Shown here piece after piece: positions 21,831 through 27,357 of a stretch of 27,357 bases of DNA. The DNA comes from Macrostomum lignano (lineage: Eukaryota): assembly GCA_002269645.1 (NCBI GenBank), contig NIVC01005066.1, forward strand, positions 1-27,357. The letters are read 5' to 3'. Every line of letters begins with the position of its first letter. Position 1 is the first letter of the stretch. The notes under the pieces are model-generated. The model saw only the letters and a list, made by a program, of their open reading frames with translations. It was not told the DNA's origin and did not search any database. A program made the translations under genes and the position numbers.

Positions 21831-21848
21831 AACCACGCTCTGCTACCA
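21831..21848 (-). promoter_or_regulatory. Primer-binding site, tRNA-iMet type
   Basis: TGGTAGCAGAGCGTGGTT, 3 nt downstream of the 5' LTR. It matches the complement of the animal initiator tRNA-Met 3' end as recalled. Confidence 0.88.
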
Positions 21849-21851
21849 GTT

Positions 21852-22049
21852 TGTAGCTGCTGCTACAAGTAGAATTTATTAACAGTGGAAACGCGTGTGT
21901 ATTTTGTCACTTGATGCGCAGGGGGCTTTTACATTAGTTTGCATCGGTACAGCATTGGTTTTTTGTCTATGGGCAGAGATGCGTTATTGATAAAATAAAG
22001 GTCTTAGGAATTTATAAATAAAGTACAAATTAGTAAAATGACTGCTACA
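21852..22049 (-). repeat. 5' LTR of Gypsy element 1
   Basis: See the 3' LTR; followed on the minus strand by the PBS. Confidence 0.97.
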
Positions 22050-22052
22050 AGC

Positions 22053-23652
22053 CTAGGATTTGACATTTCCGTCACTGTAGTCGGTAGGAAACCCAAATTC
22101 ATCGTCACTTGACCCCATCAAATCATCAGTCTCTCGAACAGCCCTGCTCACTCTGCGGCGCTTTGCTGCCTTCTGCTGCTGAGTGGGAACTGGCCGCTTT
22201 TGGGCCCACTGCGGCGTAGCAGATGTGGTGGCCTGCGAAAGCCCGCTGGCTTGTGGAGTCGCGGCTGCGCTTGCGCGAATTGAATTTGAAGGCGTCATGG
22301 CACCGATTGTGTTGCGGCGATGCGACCGCCCCGAGATCCGGTCAGCTCCGTGCCTCAAATACTGCCGCACTTGGCTAGCGACCAGATCCTGAGACGGTCT
22401 GCCGTCCTCTGCTCTGGTGCCATAAATTGCTGGGACGGCATCTGCAATTCCAACAAGGCATGCAAATAGGTTGATAACTATACAGGAGTGTGGTATAAAA
22501 AGACTATATTGATGTAAAATAAGCGTTACTATTGTTTTATGGATTTCAGATTGTGGGAAGGGTTAGTTGCATTTAGGTTAATCACAGAATATCATACCTT
22601 GGATTAGCCCAAAAGCCCAAAAACTTGGATTGAAACGCAAGCTCCCGATCCGATAGCTCTGTGGCTAAACCAGACTGGGCACACCCTGTTCCGCACGCTT
22701 TGAAATTGACCAATGCTTGCATTCGAGGCGTCAGGATGACACTGACCATGTTGGTGACTTGCAGTTGCCCAATCTCCGCGCTGGTAAAGACGGGGGTGAT
22801 TAATCATTGAACGGACGGAAGTGACAGTAAATTGGGTTCCAGCTTAATTTTGATTAATATAGGAACTACACTACTTTTCCTCATAAGCAAGTAGGTGAAT
22901 TTTAAAATCAAAATGGAATAACGCTGAAACTTACCAAAGGCAGAACTCGCTCAGAAGGCAATTCAGTAAGAAAGCGAGCATACTCCGCCAGTGAATTCAG
23001 TGATTCAAACAGCAAAGCTGGCTGATTGCCCTGCTTGCTGATCCAGACGGGCCTGAATTCCAGCCAGTATGTTGATTTTCTGCTGCTGGCTTTCTTCGAG
23101 TCCTCTGGACCAGCTCTCGCAGTGATACACATGGAGGAATGTGAGGCCGTTAACGGAATTTAAGGGCATTTGCGCAATAGACTGAAGCTGCTCCTGCAGC
23201 CTCTTGGTTTTGCCCAGCCCGAACTGCAAGCGGATTGGGCGATCGTCTGTCCCAGCAGCAGATGTGCGAGCATCAGCACTAGTGCTCAATCGAGTTTTTT
23301 TGAACGGTTGACGTCTCTGCAGTGCCATTGCCGCTTCCGCTTCCGCCGATGCCGCTTCCGCTTCGGTCGCTGTCGCTTTCGCCGCTGCCGCTTCGGCCGC
23401 TGCCGCTAAAGCCTCCGCAGCTGCGGCTGTAGAGGCTGCACTTGTAGAGGCTTGGGTCTCTGTCGCTACCGCCAGCGCTGCTGGGGTCTCTGCGTTTTCC
23501 TTTCTAGCAGCAGCAAATACCGATGGATGTGATGTGACGGCAATGCAGAGCCTTTCGAAGTCGTCAAATTCGTCGTGGCACACAAATTAAACCTCAGACT
23601 TCGGATCGCTTTGAAAGAAATCCGTGTTTGAGGCTGATCCAGTTGCCTCATT
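22053..23652 (-). pseudogene. Decayed spliced gene with a DUF4806/BEN-like C-terminal domain and Ala-rich linker
   Basis: Putative exons 23652-22935, 22842-22598 and 22477-22053 with GT-AG sites. Motif pattern SLNSLAEY...VTNMVSVILT...VNF...LAF...NLFACLVGIADAV...VRQYLRHGADRISGR. In-frame stops at about 23589 and 22804, plus frameshifts. Family call is from motif recall. Confidence 0.55.
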
Positions 23653-24238
23653 CTAAGTAGGAGGATGTGGAAGACTAACTTACTCACTGAACCACTCATC
23701 CACTGACTCACTCACATACTGACCCACCAATTGACTTGGACTAACAGCTTACCCTTATTTGATAACGGCTGCGGGCCCTTCTCCAATCTTCGCGGGTGAA
23801 GACGCGCGGCTGCACTTTCTCTAGTACATTGGCTAGCCGTTTCTTCTAATTAATTCCCTTGTGTAGCTGAAGCTGCTGGCCTCCAGACTGTCTTCCATGA
23901 TAACCTTTAATGATTTATAGGTTATTTATTGAATTCTTGAATTTTCTTGGACATCAACTTCATTTTGAAAAAAAAATCACTGAAAATCTCAAAATAAATA
24001 AAATATTGTTAAATTTTTACCTGAACACCTGAGCTACGTAATACTTTTCATTGTACAACACTTCACATTTCCATTTTAATTTACAGTGGCTCCTTTAGTG
24101 GCTCCACTTCTGCTTTTTCAGATTTTTAAGATGTGAAGGCAGAATCTCCTCTTTCATTATCTCACCACTTGTCTATTACTTGCAAAGAAAACTAAATATT
24201 TCATTCTTTGGGATTTTTTGGATTGACAGAGCACACAG

Positions 24239-24436
24239 ATCGCACGAGGATTGCACAGGAAAATTCAGGTAGGAGAGCAGCTGGAAGTTAGGAGGACAGT
24301 CATAGTTTCAAATATCGGGGTGGCAGTGGCACCACTCAGCAAATTAGCCAATGGGATCGGCTTGCGGGTGGCCCGCCCTTTCGCTGGATTGGCTAAGCGC
24401 TCATTGTGGGCGATGGCCGAGTGCGAATATTGTTAA
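24239..24436 (+). pseudogene. Candidate degenerate last exon of the IMMP1L-like gene
   Basis: Acceptor cacag at 24238, phase 0. Correcting a 1-nt deletion near 24290 gives GEQLEVSEDSHSF, with the same spacing as the S26 box GDNxxxSxDSRxY. Confidence 0.3.
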
Positions 24437-24869
24437 TCCTATTTTTTTATTAGAAATTCTTGATAATTCAAGTTTAACTTGTTTATTTAAAATTTTATTG
24501 GACGAAACGGAAACGTAATTATACGTCATGGCATCAAGGAGCAAACGAAGAAGAGCGGATGACTTAATGACTAGGTTTTTCCGAAACGATGTCGGCTATG
24601 GTAAAGCAATGCCTGAAGCTAGCATTAAAAGGCCCAACCAACTGTCGAGGCTGGCCAGTTGGAGTACCCATCGCCGTCGCACCACCTGATACGATGGGAG
24701 ATTCCGGATTGACACTGACAGTCGGAACCATGGTCGTGCCATCACAGATCTGAACACTTTCACTGCGATTCTCCGGCTGAAGACACTCAATGAGGCAATT
24801 GGATAGCTTCTGCTTCTTCTCGGAACTGATCCTCTTTGTGTAACGTACGCTTGTAACGCTTGTCTCCAG

Positions 24870-25102
24870 TGTAGTGAGTGAAACGAGGCTAGACTGCTTG
24901 TTGTAGTCGATAGTTGCCGAAAGCTTGCAGGCGAGAATAATAGCGATCAGTATATTTATTGGATTATAGAGCTGAGTCAGAATGGTGGCTAAAGTCGCAC
25001 CATGCACATTTGATATTGTACGCATAAGGGTTGAGCTAGCAGAGCCACGCGGCGCAGCCGCTAACAACCCCCCAACACACACGATAGTAGGCGCTGCCTA
25101 CA
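24870..25102 (-). repeat. 3' LTR of Gypsy element 2 (distal boundary inferred)
   Basis: Begins TGTAGGC right after the PPT. TATA-like and AATAAA (24955-24960) signals present. Plausible end ...CACTACA. The partner LTR lies outside the window. Confidence 0.7.
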
Positions 25103-25222
25103 CTTCTCCCCCCCCAAAGGAATTAAAAAAAACTTCGAACTAAAGAAAATTAACTGTTTACGAAGTACATGTACACCGCTTCAGCTTGATTTATGCCGCT
25201 TCAAGCAATGCGGATCAGTTAC

Positions 25223-27357
25223 TTAACTCGTATAGCACTTCGGCGTGTCGCGGGCTGCTCTTGGATGCCGTCTCTGAGCCACAGACTCTGCTTCTTGACT
25301 AGCGGCCTGGCTGGCGGACTGACCGGCTGACTGGCCGGCGGACTGGCCGGCGGACTGGCCGGCTGACTGGCCGGCGGACTGGCTGGCGGACTGGCTGGCT
25401 GACTGGCCAGCGGACTGGCCGGCTGACTGGCCGGCTGACTGGCCGGCGGACTGGCCGGCTGACTGGCCAGCGGACTGGCCGGCTGACTGGCCGGCGGACT
25501 GGCCGGCTGACTGGCCAATGGACTGGCCGGCTGACTGGCCGGCGGACTGGCCCGACGGTTCCATCAGAGGCCGCAGCTGGGTCACGTGCTACATACAAGA
25601 CTGCTGGCCTCGCCGTAGGATGCAGGTGTCGCCTCGAACCTCCTGCACCGTCCATGGCTGAGTTTCGAATGGCAGCTGCGTTTTTTTGCGTGCCTGCTGC
25701 TTGCGAAGAACACTCATGCTGGGAACGATGCGGTGCTCCTTTGCGGCCGTGCGCCTGTCGAACGCACTCTTCATCTGCTGCGTGTACCGCCAGTTCCAGT
25801 CCTTCACGGCTTGCTGGCCGACATCAGATGATTTCGGCTGTCTGCTGGCTGGGATTCCGTCGTTGATCGGCCTGCCCATGAGGAGCTCGGCCGGAGTCCG
25901 CCCAGTTGCTCGGTGAGGCGTTGTGCGGAACGCCAGAAGCCAGTCGTCCAGGGCCTCTCTCCAGTTCCGACCTTCAGCGACAGCAGTCTTCACCACCTTC
26001 CCGATGCTACGGTTGACACGCTCGGTAGCTCCGTTGGACTCCGGATGCAGCGGACAGATAAGCCGATGATGAACTCCATATCCGCTGAGGAAGCTGTGAA
26101 AGTCGGCAGAGTTAAAGGGCGGTCCGTTGTCCGTGATGACAGCAGGGATGCCGTGCCGACCGAACAGCCGTCTCAGATGCGGTGTCACGTTGCCGGCCGT
26201 CGTTGACTGCATGATGTCGACTTCCGGGTACTTGGAGTACAGGTCCGTGGTGACCAGCAGCATCTGACCTTGCACCGGGCCGTAGAAGTCCATGCCGAGC
26301 AGTTGCCAAGGTCCGTCCGGCATCTCCGTCGGCTTCAAAGGCGTCTGGTGCACGTGCGTGGCCACTGCTTGGCAACCGACACAGCACTTGACGAAGACTT
26401 CGCAGTCGCTGCGCATCTTTGGCCACCAGACTTTGGTCTGCAGTCGCTTCAGGGTTCTGTCCGCACCGAGATGTCCCGTATGGGCCAGCTGCAGTATCGG
26501 TCTCCGCAGCGACTCGGGGACAACGATGAGATCTCCGCGGAGCAGAATTCCGTCGCTCTCGGAAAGCTCGCTGCTGCTGGACTTTAGTGCGCTTTGCACC
26601 GGGTCGAGCATGTTCCAGCTGCCGGTTTTGATCGCGCTGAGCGCAGCCTGGATCTCCGTGTCAGTCCTTGAAGAGTCTCGGATCTGCTGAAGGCTGAATC
26701 CCTTTGGCACGGCACCTGCTGACACGGCACTGACGAATGCCGCATCGATGACTTCGCCGATGTTTGGCCTGAGCTCCGGTAGCGGCTGGCGGCTCAGCAG
26801 ATCGGCCCGATTGGCAGGTCTTGGCCGGTACAACAAAGTGAAACGGAGGTGCTGGATGCGGAGGGTCATCCGCTCGATGCGCTGCGGAGGGCGGGACCCC
26901 GGCTTGAAGAGCGGCACAAGAGGTCGATGGTCCGTCACGACGGTGAAGTTCGGGTCGCCTGCCAGATAATGCTCGAACTTCAGGCAGGCAAACTTAATGG
27001 CCAGCGCCTCCCGCTCGATCTGAGCATAGCGCTGCTCCACTGGCGACAGAGCTTGGCTGGCATAGGCCACGGGTCTGCTGCTGCCGTCTGGCTGCTTCTG
27101 GGTGAGGATGGCGCCGAGACCGATGGGAGATGCGTCCACCAGAAGCTCCGTCTGCCGCTTGCGATCGAAGAACGCCAGCGTGTCGGCTCCGGCGATGGCC
27201 TTCTTGATTGTGCTGAATGCTTCAGTGTGGCTGGCAGTCCATTCCCATGGCTGGCCCTTCTTGGTCAAATGGCGCAGCGGGGCTGACACGTCGGCGAATC
27301 TTGGGATGAATTTCGCCAGAAAGTTTGGCGGTGCCGAGAAACGACCGAACTTCTGAG
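25223..27357 (-). CDS. pol: Gypsy pol (RT end, RNase H, integrase) with an in-frame TAG at 25589-25591 and a repetitive C-terminal tail
   Basis: LVDASPIGLGAIL, IEREALAI, TDHRPL, HTGHLG..C..C, DFYGP, TDNGPPF, NGATER. The frame continues past the TAG as HVTQLRP..(SAGQ)n..RRHPRAARDTPKCY to TAA at 25223. Confidence 0.9.
25297..25552. repeat. 12-bp minisatellite (GACTGGCCGGC[G/T])n, about 21 units, encoding (SAGQ)n
   Basis: Read directly; it lies in frame with the pol tail. Confidence 0.95.

Larger units (their letters stand above)
17413..22049 (-). mobile_element. Full-length Ty3/Gypsy LTR retrotransposon, recent but defective
   Basis: 198-bp LTRs TGT...ACA, 4-bp TSD AGCC (17409-17412, 22050-22053), PBS, PPT, gag and PR-RT-RH-IN domain order. 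Confidence 0.97.
24870..27357 (-). mobile_element. Second Ty3/Gypsy LTR retrotransposon, 3' portion (runs off the window)
   Basis: RT end, RNase H, integrase, PPT (25103-25121, minus strand TTCCTTTGGGGGGGGAGAAG) and LTR. Sequence is unrelated to element 1. Confidence 0.93.

Noticed and set aside
17917-21836. Many overlapping short ORFs on both strands of Gypsy 1
   Set aside because: Shadow frames of GC-rich gag/pol with no motifs. ORF 20759-21088 is only the -1 frame at the junction.
22550-22576. IVGRVSCI after a tttcag acceptor as the IMMP1L final exon
   Set aside because: Too short, followed at once by a stop, lacks the GDN/DSR box, and lies in an intron of the antisense pseudogene.
24855-24869. 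TGGAGAC next to the LTR end as a PBS of a tandem element
   Set aside because: This is the 3' LTR (it follows the PPT), the sequence matches no recalled tRNA 3' end, and no gag follows.
25219-25655. 12-bp tandem array as a CRISPR array or a separate repetitive-protein gene
   Set aside because: There are no unique spacers. The array is a minisatellite in frame with the Gypsy pol tail, and the other ORFs are alternate frames of it.
25654-27356. + strand ORFs opposite Gypsy 2 pol
   Set aside because: Antisense shadow ORFs of GC-rich coding DNA.

Overview
Eukaryotic (invertebrate metazoan) genomic DNA: spliced host genes with AT-rich GT-AG introns, interleaved with many nested transposable elements. 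Host genes on the + strand are a complete 8-exon hexosaminidase D (HEXD/HEXDC, GH20; 1698-4522, 484 aa), a complete 3-exon DIPK2A/DIA1-like secretory kinase-fold gene (5003-10485, 437 aa), and an IMMP1L-like peptidase S26 gene (from 16803) whose last exon is degenerate or not identifiable. The 4-kb DIPK2A intron holds a decayed Penelope-like element with a variant hammerhead ribozyme, a solo LTR nested inside it, and a second LTR-like block. Between the genes lie an internally deleted piggyBac, an hAT-type MITE within a foldback repeat, a non-autonomous THAP/P-like element (7-bp TSD) and a long CT-rich tract. Downstream of IMMP1L exon 2 are a full-length young Ty3/Gypsy element (17413-22049), a decayed antisense DUF4806/BEN-like gene, and the 3' part of a second Gypsy element. 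The most unusual signal is inside the first Gypsy: pol is broken by a 92-bp inverted copy of the element's own LTR end plus exactly the 18-nt PBS, flanked by a 57-bp duplication. This looks like a fossil template switch onto tRNA-primed strong-stop DNA. Gene models and family assignments come from manual translation and remembered motifs; no database search was run.
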